A stretch of 64,000 bases of DNA from Chrysemys picta bellii (GCF_011386835.1 NC_088801.1:1860001-1924000), one strand, 5' to 3'. Numbered from the stretch's first letter, positions 21,043-36,300 are shown. Translations and numbers: made by a program. The notes: generated by a model not told the origin, from the sequence alone.

Positions 21043-24000
21043 GCCCAGAACTTTCTCCTCTAACATTTTTTTGTTTTTATTTTTATTACAAATTCTACAT
21101 TTTGCTTTTAAATATAGCCATAGAATGAACACTGGTTACAAGGACCCCTCCCCCTTTTCCTGGATGTTCTTAGGAAGAGATTAACACATTTTTATTACCA
21201 GGTCTCCTGCAGACCTACCAGCAATGAAAAGCCACCCACGGCTACCAGCACTGGTGCCTCAAATTCTCTTGCGGACATAGTGCTCAGGGAGAGAGTGGGC
21301 ATATGAGCACAAGCATACAAGATCCCTTCCCCTCCCCCCATCCTGAAAGAAAATTTGGGGTCCAAATTGTTGTGACCCATTTGTGCTCCTACCGTGCAAC
21401 AATGCCTTGGTGAGCGATATGTGGCAGCCTGTTCACTGGATACGTTGGCGGGGGCTTTTTGGAACAACGTTAGCACCATTTGAACGTGGGCGGCTGCCAC
21501 GTGGGCCATGCACACAACCCTGTAGACCGCAGGACGCTGCGCCGCGCCTGGGATTCCCAATGCAATGCAGGACAAGGAGGCCGACATTTTGCTTTGGCAG
21601 CCTACCCGGGGCTTATCTAATTTACATCCAAGCAGACTGCAGCCACCCTCATGAGACATGGTGTTCTCCGAGGAAGGGCATTGCTTACTAGGGCTACACT
21701 GCTGTGGTAAAGGGGGTGAGAACAGGCTCCATTTGGGCCAGTTTGGCATTCATTGGGCTAGGAGGAGGTTTTCGGGAAATGCCTCTATATTATCTACTCA
21801 ATAAATAATTGAACGCTTCCCAAACCTGGGATTTGAAAGCAGATCGTCCTAGCTCGAAAGAGGCCAGGAGGGGCCACCATTAAAGAATTCATAGACCCAC
21901 AAGCCACCACGCCCATGGAATGTTCCATTGAGCAGGGAAGTCATACAGAGTGTAGAAGTGTCCATCTAGTCCATGCTTTGAACAGTCAAACAGTGACAGA
22001 GCTACCAACGCCTCTGGAGTCTGCCCTGTCCCACACAAACAGGGAAGGGCGGGGGTGGGGGGAGATCAGCGCACACACAATACAGGGGGACAGCCGAAGC
22101 CCAGCTTCAACTGCGGTCGTGGGGCCAGAGAACTCTCCAAAATGCTCTGCCCAAGGGGGGTAGCAAAGACGTCACTGGGCCTCTGCTCCCATCCCCTGGT
22201 TATCTCAGCCCTCTGATCTCAGGAGAGTTTTCTGAATTTAAAAGCTCTGCTGTCAGTTATGAGAAATCCAGTCAAGGGGCTGCGCCTGGGTGCGTGACGA
22301 GCTGACCGTCTCAGCTCTGGAAGAGAGAGTGCTGGCTGGGGGCAGGGAAGCACAGCAAGGCATCCTGCCTCTGCACTCAGGCTAGACAGACTCTCTCCCT
22401 GGGCCCATATTCCGGGGACTGGTGGCTACGGGCAGGCAGCCTCTCACTTTCCATACGCTTCTTGACTGCAGCACCCTAAGTAAGAGTTGATAGGAGAGGC
22501 TGCAACAGCCCTGTACATACATAAAATTCCCACTCCTCCACTTCCGCTAGCCAAGGGCCCTCACGCTGCAGGGTCTACGTGCAATGAGGACACAGAGACC
22601 CTTAGCAGTCTCAGCCAGACCCCGGGGTACATTAAGACAGTACGGGGGTTACGAAAGTGAGAGGGATTGGACGTACTAGGTGCAACGACAGGCAGGACTC
22701 CAGGCAGCCTTGCTCTTGGGCGTGTTGGCCTATATGCCCGAGGCAGAGCCCGAAGTTCCACTGCCCACCATTTCACAGAGGCCTTTTGCACACACGCCTG
22801 CAGTGCTCCGCTGTCTGTGCGGACAGAGCTAGCCCGACCAGGCCCAGAACTGAGCCGTCACACGCTGGCTGAGCCATTTCTGCTGGGCTGTGCACAGAAG
22901 CTGCCAAGTCAGTTTACAGCTCCCCCCTTAGAGTCAGTAGAGCCTCTCCTGTTCCCCTGCCAGAGCTACGGCCAAGGACGCCCATTCCCTGCTCCAGGAA
23001 CACAACAGGAGCCATTCTGGGCAGGGACTAGAGCTAGGATGGCCTGTGGCTGCGATACAGGGAGCAGAGCCTCCTGCTGGAAGCGAGATCAGAACCTAGT
23101 CCACGGTGTACACTGGGACAGTCCCAGGAAGCGCTGGGGACCCAACTGGGCTAGAATGGGAGGTGCTTCCAAAGGCCCTGCTTGAGAGGACAAGATCTGG
23201 GGCAGCTCTTCCGTCCCTCACACTGCCCTGACAGCTCCCAGACCCAGCGAGGGCAGCCTGCCAGAGGAGGAGCAGGTTCACCGGGCAGCAGCGAATGATC
23301 CTGTGCTGGGACTGGAACGGAGATGCCAAGTGCTCACAGCAGGGACACTGGTTACGAGGGACGAGGTGGTAGAGCGAGTTGTATTGGCCCGGCCTTGGGC
23401 GTGGGAGGGGGCACTTGGGATGTAAAGTGCAGTAAGAGATTGCAGAACACCGCCTAAAAACAGCCTTTAGTTATCAAAAAAGTTAGATTGGGGGGGGGGG
23501 TCCTTCTCACACAATTACTGTCTGCGCAGCCCCTCGGACTAGAGCCACAAAACAGTCTCACCCATAAAACAATCAGACGCTTCTCCGCTGCACAAGCCAC
23601 CAGAAAGCCAGCCAGCTGCCACAGCGAGACACTAGACAAGAGGAAGCGGCACTCGGGGGTCTGGCTTGGTCACGCTTATTTAGAGCACGAGGGTTTGAGG
23701 AGCCGTCTGTGTGCCGCTCCGTTAAAGACAGGAGCGAACCGGGTCAAGGAACAACTGGTCCAGACTTGGAAGTTGCTCCATTCACAGCAGTGGTCTCTGG
23801 GCCAGACACCCAGGGAAATGTCCAACGCTAGGTTTGATGGAGAGGCTACTACAGTCTGCCATCTGCCTCACAGGCCCCTTCCTGCATCCACCCACCTTTT
23901 CCTTGCTGGTAGGAAGCGGCCTGCCTCTGCTCTTCCCCGCACCCGGAGATCTGAGCTGTATTTCCTTCCCCTCCCCCTATCCAGCTCAACCAAAGACAGT

Positions 24001-24380
24001 TAAAATTATTTACACTTTTAGCCATTTAAAAACCCAATAAACTACGCTTGCCTCTGTCCTGCTGGGGATGTGGGATAGCAGCAGCTACGTCTAGCTCAGT
24101 ACTCTGCGTGCACAACGAAAGCAAACAGAAGACAGACCAAAATACTGCACCACCACTAGGAAGCTTTTGCTGGGGTTGGGGTTACAGCTGCGGCCTGGTT
24201 CCTCTCCTCACTCAGACTGAGGAAGGCTGGGCTGGGCAGGATGGGTTATTCCGACAGCAAATGAACACAGCTGTTTTGCCATCCTGGTCAACACGAATCT
24301 CTCACTGCAGGAGTCCGTCCGTCCGTCCATCCTTCCGCCCTTCCAGGGAGGACGAGGAAAGAGGGGGCGACAGAGACGAC

Positions 24381-27300
24381 CTAAGACAAAGACGCCGCTG
24401 CCCCCGCCTCCTCTGCATCCTCTGGCTTTGGCAGCTGGGAGGAAGCTGGAACTGGAGGGACGGGCGATTCCTGCACTTCCTGCTCTCCTCCAAGCCCCAT
24501 CTCTACATCCATTTGCTCCAGCTCCCTCTGATCCAGTAGCTCAAAGTCATCCACTTCCCCCTCCTCCTCCAGGGGAGCTGCAGTCTCCGTCCCCACCACC
24601 TCGGTCTCCGACAGCTGCGCCTGGAAGTTCAGTCTCTCTTCGGGCTCAGTGGGGAGGAACTCGGAGAGGGAGGGCCCCTCACTAGCTTCAGAGGAGAGCA
24701 GCAGGGCCGAGAGGGTGTTCTGCACCACCGTGGTGATGGCAGTGGTGACAATCTCCTCGCTTAGCACATCGATGCGGATGCCCAGGCCGGGGGCAGCAGC
24801 CGTCTGCGGCTCTGCGCCGCCCGGCGCCACTTGCCCGTTCCCATTGAAGTGCGTATTTACAAAATGGAGAGGAGAAGCTAGATGGAGAACGGAGAGGTGA
24901 GAGTCCACAGCCTCCTTCTCCACAGAGTCCAGCTCGTGGGTAGCCTGGGCAAGCTCAGGGCCCAGTGGCACCCCGAAGGCATCGTCGTCGCTTTGTGGCC
25001 CCAGGTCTCTGGAATGATACTCTTCTACGGAGGGGAACTCTGCCAGGTCCTTGGCGAAGGACTCCTCCGGCTCACTGTGCAGGCTCTGCTGATCCAGGTC
25101 TGAAAGGCACAGCCAGGCAATGGCATTAGCAGCCGCTCTCGGGTGCTTCTCCCGCTCTCCAGTCCCAGGCCCTTAGGCCCGGGCTGCGCATCTGCCTGCC
25201 CCAGCTGATCTTTGCCCCCTGGGCTGCTCCATCCTGCTTAGTGTGGAAGCAGGGGGTGCCCTGCACTCCACGAGACGAGTGCTTGAAGGAACATGGGTTT
25301 GGATCCAAGCTCCTGCACAATTCAGCTCCTTCCTGCCTAGGAGCCACCTCCCTTCACTCTGCCCCACATGTGGGGTGTGCGGAGCAGGGGGCTCACCTGA
25401 CCATCCCCTTCTTGCCATCCTCCACCTGCCACGGGGCCTGTTCACGCCTAGAGCCCCTGTCACACTTCCACCTTCTCCCCTTTCAATCCCTCCTCCAACC
25501 CACCCCCACGTGTCTGACGAGCTACACTCCCAGTGCCCACAACTCCTCCTGGACACACCCAGCCAGCCCCGTGAGCCTGTCGTCACCACCACACAGCCCT
25601 CATGGGAGCCGGCGAGTGCTGCGGGGCAAGGCCTCTGCCTTTGTTTTGTACAATGCCACACACAGCTTGGGCACCAGAGCCCACGTCAGCACTTGCCTGC
25701 CTCTCTGCTCATTGGCAGAGCCTTTGAGGACCGTGCTGCCTCCCTCTCCAGAGTTACAGAGTGGTGCATGGCGCGGGATCATCCAGGCAGCAGAGATCAG
25801 ACAGCTGGAGCAGTCATGGATATCGGGGAAGCCATGACAAGCTGTGCTGTGGCTAAGGCCTCCCTCCCCGCCCAAGGCAGCAACTGGACACAGCCCATCC
25901 CCACGGGGGCTGGGCTAGCAGCCTGGCTAGGAGAGTTTCAAACTCCAGAAGTGACAACACAGACTCCCAGCCCAGTGATGGGGGAGATGGGGCATGCCAC
26001 CTTCACTGCCAAGTGAGGGTCTCCTGGCTCCCTTCTGGCCCTTTCCCCCTGCAAACAGCCTGGTTCTCCCCCTGCCCTCCAGGGGCCTGTCCCAGCTCCA
26101 GGGGCGGGGAAGGGACAGTGATGGCCGGTTCCTACCAGACAGCTGTTTCAGGACAATGCGTGGGGTGAGGGTGGGAATTACCTTCAGACACATCAGTCAG
26201 CTGCGGGGTGGTGGCCCTGGAGACAGAGAAGCCCCCGCTCTCCAGGATGGAAGCCTCCTCATCAGAGAGCTCAGAGTCGGTAATCGCCAGCGCTAGTGCT
26301 GTCTTCTTCACATCCACCTGTGGCGGAGGAGAGCAGAGGAGACAGTTAGCTTTGGGTGCCCGGCTGGCAGCACTCCCTGCTAGCTCCCCTGCACAGACCG
26401 GAGCCACAGGGGCAGAAGGTATCTGCCAGGTGAACTGTTACACGGGTTCTCACGCTGTACAGGCAGGGGGCTGGGCGGAATCCTCATGACACTGTCCAGG
26501 CACAGACTCACCCGTGCTGCTCCTGGAGTGAGCGCGGGTGGGTTTGCGTCCTGCCAGCGCCCAACATGGAGGGCCCAGTGGAAAGCACGGGTGTAACTCC
26601 TGCGAGCCCTAGAAATCCCCACAGCAGGGGATTCTCCCCCATCCTGCGGTGGCTACAGCACTGTCGCCAAGGGCAGGGACCCCTTTCACACCAGTGCCAA
26701 CAGGCCAGGCCAAAAAGGACATCCATACACACAGCAGCAGAGGGCGCTGCAGATACTTTCACGTGACCCAAAGCTTCCCACCTCCCAGCCCAGTTTCTCC
26801 TTCCACTGGCAGCTGCAGCAAAACCAGACGCCTGCCCTGATCACCCCATCAGCGTGGAAATAAACGGGACTACACATCTCCCATCTATTGAGCAAGAGCG
26901 AGTGGCGGGGAACAGCTCCATGACCCTTTACCCTGGGCGTGGTCAGGGTTCCAGGAAATAGCAAGCCGTCTGCACCACCAGCACCGCTGCCTGCAGGCCG
27001 GCAGAGACAGGAGCAGCGTGACTCCCTGCAGAGCCCATCGGGGCTACTCTAGTCACTGGCTCGAGGGGGCAGGGCGAGCAGGCAGAGCATTGCCTTACTC
27101 CAGCTCCCTGGGCTTTGCACTCCACCACACTGCTCCCGGGGCCACCTGACAAGCAGGCTCTCGGTGACAGCCCCTCCACAGAGGCAGCTCGCACCCCTCC
27201 CTTAGCACCCCCTGGTGACTTTCCAACCCCGGCCAGGGCCCAGAGGCCAGGGCCGACTTGCACTGCTCTGCTGCTGGTTACCAGTGTGGCTGCATTCTGA

Positions 27301-30300
27301 CCAACCCTCTGTTCCTGGCTCTCTGGGGAGGTGCTGGTGGGGAGGAGAGGGCTATCTACCGCACGGCTCCTCTGCAGCCCTTACCACCGGGGAGTAGCCA
27401 GACAGCTCCGCCTCGCTCTCACTCTCGGTCTCCGCCATTGGCTCATCGCCAGCCATGGGTTCACTCTTTCCTTGGCGCTCTGTGTGAGGAAATGGAAGAA
27501 ACGTCACCGAGCGGCACCGGGCTCAGAATCCTGGAAAGGGGAGGGAAGGAGCTGCGGGGTCCCGTCTAGGCCATCCCCACCCCAGGCCAGCTTTGTTCCC
27601 TTCAGCCCCTTCACTAGAGTTCTGCCCGGCCCAGTTAAGCATCCCAAGTAATGGGGCTCTCACCCCTCCCCCTAGGAACCCCTTTCACTGCTTGACAGGT
27701 CACTGCCAAGCAGTCTCTCCCCGTACTCCCAATACTCAGCCTACATTTTCCTTTGCTCAGTTTCCCCCCATCACCCCTAGGATGACCCTCCCTCCCCCCG
27801 CTATCCTCCCCTCCCTCGGGGATGCCATTTCTCGGGCGTTCCACACCGATTCCGACTTGCCAGTGCTGTTTTCCCAGCCGGCCAAGGCAGAGAGAACAGA
27901 GAAAAGGCATTGCCTTACTTCTCTTCTCGTGCTTCAGGTGCAGGGTCTCTGCTTTCATACTGTAGTCCAGTTTCATCAGGACAGGTTCCAGCCGCGTGTA
28001 CATCCGCTGGATCAGCTCATGGTAAACCACCAACGGCCACAGCAGAATGCTGAGCACTGGAAACGCAGAGAGAACCCGGAACACGTTAGCCATTCGGAAA
28101 GGGGTCAGTAAGACAGAAAATATCACAACATCACTACTATATAAATCCATGGCACGCCCACACCTTGAATACTGCAGGCACTTCTAGTCACCTGAGCTAC
28201 ACAAAAGATATACTAGAATTGGGAAAGGTGCAGAGAAGGGCAACAAAAATTAGGAGGGGTATAGAACAGCTTCCATATGAGGAGAGAACAAACAGACTGG
28301 GTCTGTTCATCTTGGAAAAGAGATCACTAAGAGGGGATATGACAGAGGTCTATAAAATCATGACTGGTGTGGAGAGAGTGAATTGGGAAGTGTTATTTAC
28401 CCCTTCACATAACACAAGAACCAGGGGTCACCCAATAAAATGAATAGGCAGCAGGTTTAAAACAAACATAAGGAAGTACTTCTTCAGTCAACCTGTGGAA
28501 CTCACTGCGAGGGGATGTTGTAAAGGCCAAAACTATAACTGGGTTAAAAAAAGAGAACTAGAGAAGTTCCTGGAAGATAGGTCCATCGATGGCTCTTAAC
28601 TAAAATGGCCAGAGGTGCAACCCCAGGCTCCCAGTGTCCCTAAAACCTCTGACGGCCAGAAGCTGGGACTGGATGACAGGGGGGATAGATCGTTGATAAT
28701 TGCCCTGTTCTGTTCATTCGCTGTGAAGCACCTGGTATTGGCCACTGTCCGAGACAGGATACGGGGCTGGGTGGACCTTTGGTCTGACTCGCTGTGGCCG
28801 CTCTTACACTGGGAAAGGAACAATAGGGCAATTCTCCCCGTAGCCAGGCCCATAAGCACCAGGAATGGAACCTCATGTCAGCTGAAGGGCAGTCTGATGG
28901 CACTGGCTTCCCCCTTACAGGTCTGCCAATGCACCTCACTCCTGATCTGCAGCACCGCCCTATTATTCCAGGGCTCCTTTCATCCACAAACAGCTTTGCC
29001 AATGCACAGCAGTCCTTCCCTGTGACACCCCTGCTATTACAAACCTGAGCTCTCTGTAGCGCAGTCCACACACCTCATTCCTGACCTCGGAGCTGGAGCT
29101 ATAGCTGGGGGTTAATTCAAGTGACCGACTTCTGAAAGGGCAGCAGCAGCCTAGGACGTACAAGCAAGGCTGTGCCCCAATTGGAAGCCAGTGTGCCCAA
29201 CACCTGAGTGAGCCGATAAGCTAACACGGCCACTGGAGCAGGGGAAGAGTAAACAGATCAGCATTCCAAGTTTCCAAACTGTGGTTCTGACTATATAATG
29301 AAGTTCTTTAGGGCGATCTTAAGAGAGCCAAGTACTTCCATTTCCTTCCGATTTTACCTCCTGCTGCCCGTAACGTTTGGGAAGGTTGAATACACATTCG
29401 CTTTCCCCAGCAATTTTTTCCTTTCAAACCTGGCAGACATGGACTTATTCTCTGTTGAAGTTTCAGAGTGACACTGCATTTCTCTGCTTCCCTGCAGGAA
29501 CACCTGCTTCACTGAGCATGTTAGAGAGACCGGGCGGGTGAGGAAATCTCTTTTATTGGACCAACACCTCGCCCACCTTGTCTCTCTAACACCATGGCCA
29601 ACACACCTACAACTACACTGCATATAATCACCGAGCACGTAGAACGGTGCAGATCTGGGAAGAGGGTTCACTGGTTGACCGTGGCTCCCTCTTCTGGCTT
29701 TGTGCAGTACTGCATCACACTGCAGGTCCTACATAAACAGTATGCTAGCAAATGACCTGAGGCGGCAGGGAGGTGAGGGGTTATGCATCTCACTTTATCT
29801 GGTATGGGCTGTGGGATATGAAAGAATCGTGAGCACACTTCTACCAGCGTATCAAATGACTCAGGCAAGTCATGACTAGTCTCAGTTGACACCAAGGGGC
29901 CACTTATACTCACAGATGATGGAGGAGATCATTATGCCCGGAACATAGTGTCCGACCATAGCCAGGATCAGGCACCCCGAACAGACCCTCGCACAGAACT
30001 GGGGAAACAAAGAGGTGAGGGATGAACAAAACAACAGACAAGAGGCAAAGACGCCATCCCTGCAGCTGGGGCAAGAGACGCGCTCGGCGCCATTTCTCAC
30101 CTTAAAATATTGTAACGCAAATTTAATAAACAAAAGCCTGATCCAACCCAATGGCTTATTCTGGCCTAGATTTGTGCTGAGCTCCCGGCACTAATGGTCA
30201 GAACTCAAACTTCCCAGCCCTGGGGGAAGCCGAGTGAAGTGCAAAAAAGCAAGTTAGTGTAGATGAGACCTAGGGAAACCTAAGAACCTGTGACCACCCC

Positions 30301-33300
30301 TCCGCCCCCCGACCAAAGAAGCTTTATGGGAATGTCCTAAACTGTCTCACTTCTGAAGTTCAACAAGGCCTCCTGGAAGTAAGATAGGATAGATTATAAT
30401 TAGGCATTAGATAGTGCTGTTCATTTGTAGATTAACATTGTATAGAGGAGTCTATACTGTCCCTCCCGTTACCCAGATGGGGAAACTGAGGCATGGAGCA
30501 GTTAGATGATTTGTTCACAATCCAGGGTGCCCTGCCCACCCCCTGGTATGGCTCATCTGGAGTTGGGGTGTGTGTGACCGTCCAGCCCAGACTCTTCTGC
30601 TCTTTGCAAGGGGCACAGGCCCGTCTCCCGGGTTAGATGACGGTTCTAGTGTCCTGGAGGTCTGTCAAAGAGACCAGGGCTGGAGAGACCGGTGCTCAGC
30701 GTGAGCGGAAATGCTGGTTGGCCAAGTAAAGGAAGCCATATAGGAGAGTTTGGGGCACTCGGAGTCTCATCTTCTAACTAATTCAAGCTCAACACTAGAG
30801 GACACCAGACTAAGTTTATGGCATCTGTCTTGAGTTGCTTTCGCTCCCTCTTCTGGCTGAATATTGTAACTGTGGAGTCACCTGTCTGAGAAGCGGGTAT
30901 AGCCAGCAGTGGAAATAAATATAGTAAAACCCCACTTGTTTCTATAACTTGAGCGCACTGGAGTCTGCCAAGTCTGCTGCAAAGGTAGCCTCGGTGGATG
31001 TCATTGATCTTCGGTGATGTTGAGGACCTAATACAGGCCAGGACCAAGACCTGGCTACGAAGAGGTAATTCCTCTCCAGACGACATCTGGCACATCCATC
31101 AACCCTTAGGTTTATGCCAGATTCTTTCACGCATTCAGGAGCCCTGAGCACCACTGCACGATGGGTGTGGAGAACAGCAGCTTGAGGGTGCTGCTTGCAA
31201 AACAGCTTCCAGCGCTGAACGGAGCCTACGACAGGGCAAAAGCCATAATCGGACGAACTTCCGACTCGGACTATAACTCAAGGAACAGAGAGCTGGCCAT
31301 TCCCAGAAGGGGTTACGCTTGGCCCCAGCTCACAGGTGCTGGGAACACAATTATTCGTTAGCAAAGCTTCCCTTTCCTGAAGTCCGGGCAGGGTGGGATG
31401 CAAGAAGGACACCCGCAATCATCAGTGAAGGGCTGGAACAGTGAAAATCTTGCCCTAAGATTCCTCCCACCCCCCAGGTCATCTGAGGAGCCCCTGACTA
31501 CAAGAGGAACACCTCCAGCAGAGGGGGAGTGGCATGGCCCAAGTTACCTTGGCAGGGTTTTGCCTCTTGTACTGTAGCAGCTCCAGCAGGTACAACCGGA
31601 AGGTGACCCAGCTCTCCGCCAGGCAGTAGCACAGCTCGGGGACGCTGAGGAGATGGGGCTGTGCTCCGGCTGTCACGCTCTCACTAGAGAAACAGATACC
31701 AGTGTAAGAGGACAAACCTTCAACGCACCCCACTTCACTTGGGGGTACAGCAGCCATAGGGAACAGGGCTCCCTATCCCGGGCTTCATAATACTGGGGTG
31801 CATCTCAAATTTAACTTCACTAATGACGCCTCTCTGCTTTGCCCACCCTACTCCAACCTCAAACAGGGTCTGACGAGGGACAGCTGAACCATGCTGAAAG
31901 AGCAGGGGCCCAGGCACCTTGCTGCAAAACACAGCACCTCCTTGCAAATAGCAACATCCCCATGTCACAGGTCAAGAGGCGAAACCATCAGAGCTGGGAT
32001 TAAACCTCAGGGAGCTCCTAGCAGCCAGTCCTGGGTAACAAACGCCCTGCAATGCTGGGTGACCGTGCTGCCCATAACCAATGGCTAAGCACTGGGGGCC
32101 GGAAGCATGCAATTACAGGTGGTGCATGTACTCTACAAAAGCCAATCCCAGGGATTTCCTTCTCTCTGGGGATTCTTAAAATAGCTTGGGACAGATCTGC
32201 TTTGCCTGAGCGTCAGGGAAAAATCCTGGACATTCCAAGTGCCAGACGCACGCAGACATCTGAAGGGGATCAAGGTTTCCTGGAATCTCAAAATGCTGTT
32301 CCTGCGCAAATGAAGCCAATGGCTGCCACTGCGGGAGCATTGCAAACCCTGCTGTGTGTCAGCTAAAGAACAGGTATTTCAGGAACCATGCTCACAAACA
32401 CACTGCAGTGTGAGTGGGGAGCAATCCTGAGCATGGGCAAAGGAGGGGGGCCAGGCAGAGAGAAGGACAGACAAGATCACCACGCTGACCTCACCACCCC
32501 CGCTGCCCCCTGTCCTCAGAGGGCACAAGCGAGCCTACCTGTCCCCTCCCGGCTCCTCCGAGGGCTGCGCTGTAGGGACAGAGCAAGAGAGACTCGTTAG
32601 CCAAGTGAAAAATAAGACACGACAGCTTAATTGCTAGGAGCTGAGCAGAGAATTAGCCAAGGATCTCCCTGCACGTAGGAACCAGGCTAGAGTTGGCTGT
32701 TGGGTTTGTACGTGTTTACGTGCAGAGAGAAGCGGGAACGCTTCCTGGTAAAGGTTCGCTTTCAACACCAGAGTGGCTGAACATTGCACACAGCCCAGAT
32801 TCAGCCCCCAGAGGTCTCTAATGGGGCCAGTGGCTGCGCTTGTCTCAGACCCCAGCAGGAAACGCAGTCAGGCCACAGATTCCAATACAGACTGACCTGG
32901 AGTCCTGAATGCTGGGCCTGTCGCTTCCACAGGCTGCAAGCCCGTATTAAAGACGGGAGCAGCTGCACTCTCAGGTGCGTCCCCTGAACTCCTCACAAGG
33001 CACCAATGAGCTCCCGAGCTGGGCAACATAGGAGCTCAGAGGCTGTTTGAAAACCGAACAGCGAAGTCCCTGAACACGGTTCCTAGGATGCCCTGGGCTG
33101 TCAGCTACGTGCTGCATTTCCGTTAGCACCTGCCACCCTAGAGTCCTCTGTGGAGAGTGTTCCGAGTAGGCTCCTCTCTGCAAGTCATGGCAGGATGTTT
33201 GCAGGGAGGGGGGTGTTTTTAGCATGCAACTGGGTACCAAATAGCACAGACCTGCTGTATAATTCATGAGTTGCGGGTTCCTGGGTGTAACTATGTCCTG

Positions 33301-36300
33301 CTGGCGGCACTGACCCCACTGGGAAATCGACATTATTTACTATTTGTCCTACCAAGGTGCCCAGGGCCCCACTGTACTGATGCAAGTCAGGCTACTGGAG
33401 GGCTCGGGAATCTGACAAATGCTGACTGCCCGAGACATCTCTCCAGCCCAGTTTGGGACACAGACTCAGGGACAACGAAGCAGGGCTTCTGTGCAGCGCT
33501 GAAGGCATTTCCTGATGCTTGCACAATTCCAAACCCCGACGGGATTTTTTCCCTCAAACATCCAAAAAGTGCAATACAAATAAAGGGCCGTTGTCAGCCG
33601 AATTTAGGCCTGGAATTCAAGCTGTATGCAAAACACAGGTTCCCAAACCCTGTATGAACAGAAAGGCTTTGGAATCTCTCCCTGGAGTCTTGTCAACCAG
33701 GAAGTGGAAGTGGCTGGTCTAGTCCAGTCTCACTCAGGGGCGGCTCTATGTTTTTTGCCGCCCCAAGCACGGCAGTCAGGCGGCCTTCGGCACCACGCCG
33801 GCGGGCAGTCCGCTGGTCGCACGGATTCGGCGGCATTTCTGTGGGTGATCTGCCGGTCCTGCGCCTTCGGTGTACCCGCCGCCGAATTGCCGCTGAAACT
33901 GTGGCACCGACGGACTTCCCACAAGCATGCCGCCGAAGACTGCCTGTCTGCCACCCTCACAGCAACCGGCAGGCCGCCCCCTGTGGCTTGCTGCACTGGT
34001 GCCCGGAGCCGCCCCTGGTCTCACTCCCCAGCCGAGTGAGATGCAAAAAGGAAACAAGCATTCTTCCCCGTGGTGAATGCTAAGTGAGACTTGGACTTCT
34101 CAGACTTAACTCTCTCAAGTGGTCTTGACGCAGAGATGGAAGCTGTTCTTTAACAGATTTGTTTGCTGTACACTGTCCCTAGCAATGACAGCGGTGGGCA
34201 AGTCAGTCAAACTCTTCCCTTTGCTGTAAGTGCCAAACTGACAGGCTCCTGAGCGGTGCACTGGAGCGGGAGACAGCGTGCAGAGGCGAGGAGGCAATCC
34301 TTTCAGTCTGTGACCCAGATTCCTGTAATCAGCCCTGTCAACTGTCCCGTCACTCTCCTTGCCGGTCTGCATTCTGGCGGCTATTTGATCAGCTCAGCGG
34401 TCACACACCGAGAGCCATGGTTTTTCTGCCACAGCATGAGATGTAAGCATCATTCATTCAGCCGTTTTGCTGTGCTGGGCGTCTACCTCTCTCTTGTAGT
34501 GGAAGCAAAAACGCTTGCTGTCTATCCCATCTCCATGCTGAGACGTCTCAAAGGTGCTGCTGCATCAGCACAGAGAAATCCAGCTCTCGGAGGTGCAGCT
34601 GCCACCTGCACTATGCCAAGATCGCTCTGGAAGTTGTGTTTGGCACCGGCATTTTTTGTTGTTTGCTGCATTAGGTGGTAGCGCCTGCACGGTTATTGTA
34701 CAAGTGATAGTGCGCTGCCACCTGTCCTATTTCCTGAGGCATAGCACCAGGGCTGTGGAATTCCCCAGTGCCACAAGCAATGGTAGAGTGCCAATCTATG
34801 GCAATGGAGGGTGTGACAGGTTCCCCCTGGGGTGCCACATGACTGTGGTGAATATTGGGGGGCAGGGTGTCACAGAGGGAATGAGAAGACTCCTTCCAGA
34901 ACTGCTGACTCCAAATGATTTTGAAATCAGCTCCAAATCAATGGTGGCTCTGGGAGATGCAGAACGGCAGCACATTTTGGGTGTCTACCGCAGCCGACCA
35001 GAGCGCAACCGAAATCCACTGGTAGAGAACAATCAGCACGTCGCACAGAGTTAGGATCTTCTGCAGATATTGCCATATTTGGCAAATTCAAGCTCTCGTT
35101 TAAAATTAGTACACCAGACCCTCGCTAGAATGCGGGATTTTGGATCCATGCGCGGTCCCGTGTTCCTACGGATTCCAATTAAGGTAATTAAATTTGGGAT
35201 TCCCACGCTATAAGCGAATTCGCGCTATACAGACGCACGTTCTAGCGAGGGTCCGCTGTAGTTTCCATCCCTTCTTACAGAAGCACAGTCTGCGTGCTGC
35301 CCACCCCGATGCAGTGCAGAGCCTAGAGAAGGATTACATTCTCCACAAAGCTGGAGAGAGCTTCACACAGGAGCTGGGACCACTCAAATGAGCAAGTTTT
35401 TAAATCCCCACTCTCCTTACTGAGCTATCATCCGCCATCATCCCACTTAAATCAGTGGGAAGTTAGAGAGTGTATTCAGGACAGCCAGCTGGCCTTAAAC
35501 ATCTGTCCAGAACAGTAATGTCTGCTGACATTTCACGATAAACATTTATATACATCTACAACCCAGTGTAAACACAGCTTGACACACCAGATTGCATCTA
35601 AGAGACGCGACTGCCAGTATTCAGGTCAGGTGATGGCGCCTGCGGTTCTCAGCTCTTAGAAATTCCCAGTGCAAACTCGGCTAGAAAGCAGGTCCCCTTT
35701 TTAAAAGAGCACCAGGCATTCATTTGTGTCCCAGTTATTGTCCATACAGAATGCAGCTACTGAGCCAAGCCTCCACCCTGGTGCTGGAGTGTGACTTGAG
35801 GGGTTTTCCAGTCACAAGAAGAGCTGGACCCTGGGAGAAGTGAACTTCATGGGTGGAGGCAGAGGTGTTAACCCCCAGATGCAGCTCCTCCTACTCCCAG
35901 CCAGTCACGTACTCTATTCAAATCCCTCCTTGTACACTTACGCATAGAGTTTAAATATCAAGACAAAAAAAAGAACGTGGGAATGATCTGCACCTCCTCC
36001 GGCTCTACCTGCTGTCTGGTCAGCCAGCGGATTGTGGTTCCAGCGTGTTTGGTCTAACAGACCACAAGATCCTCGGGGCAAGTGTCTCTCTCGGTTTCGT
36101 ACAGTGCTCCAGTAATGATCCTTATTTGATCCTCATTGCAGGAAGCACCTTCGTGTTACTGGGACATTCCAAGAGTTAGTTTTGAATGGAAAGAAGGGGA
36201 AGTGGCTATGTTTGGCGTAGGTACATGGCTACAGAGCACAGCATGCACCCATTCCATTCGGATACGACTCCTAACATGCTGTGCTTCTCTGTGCTCATGT

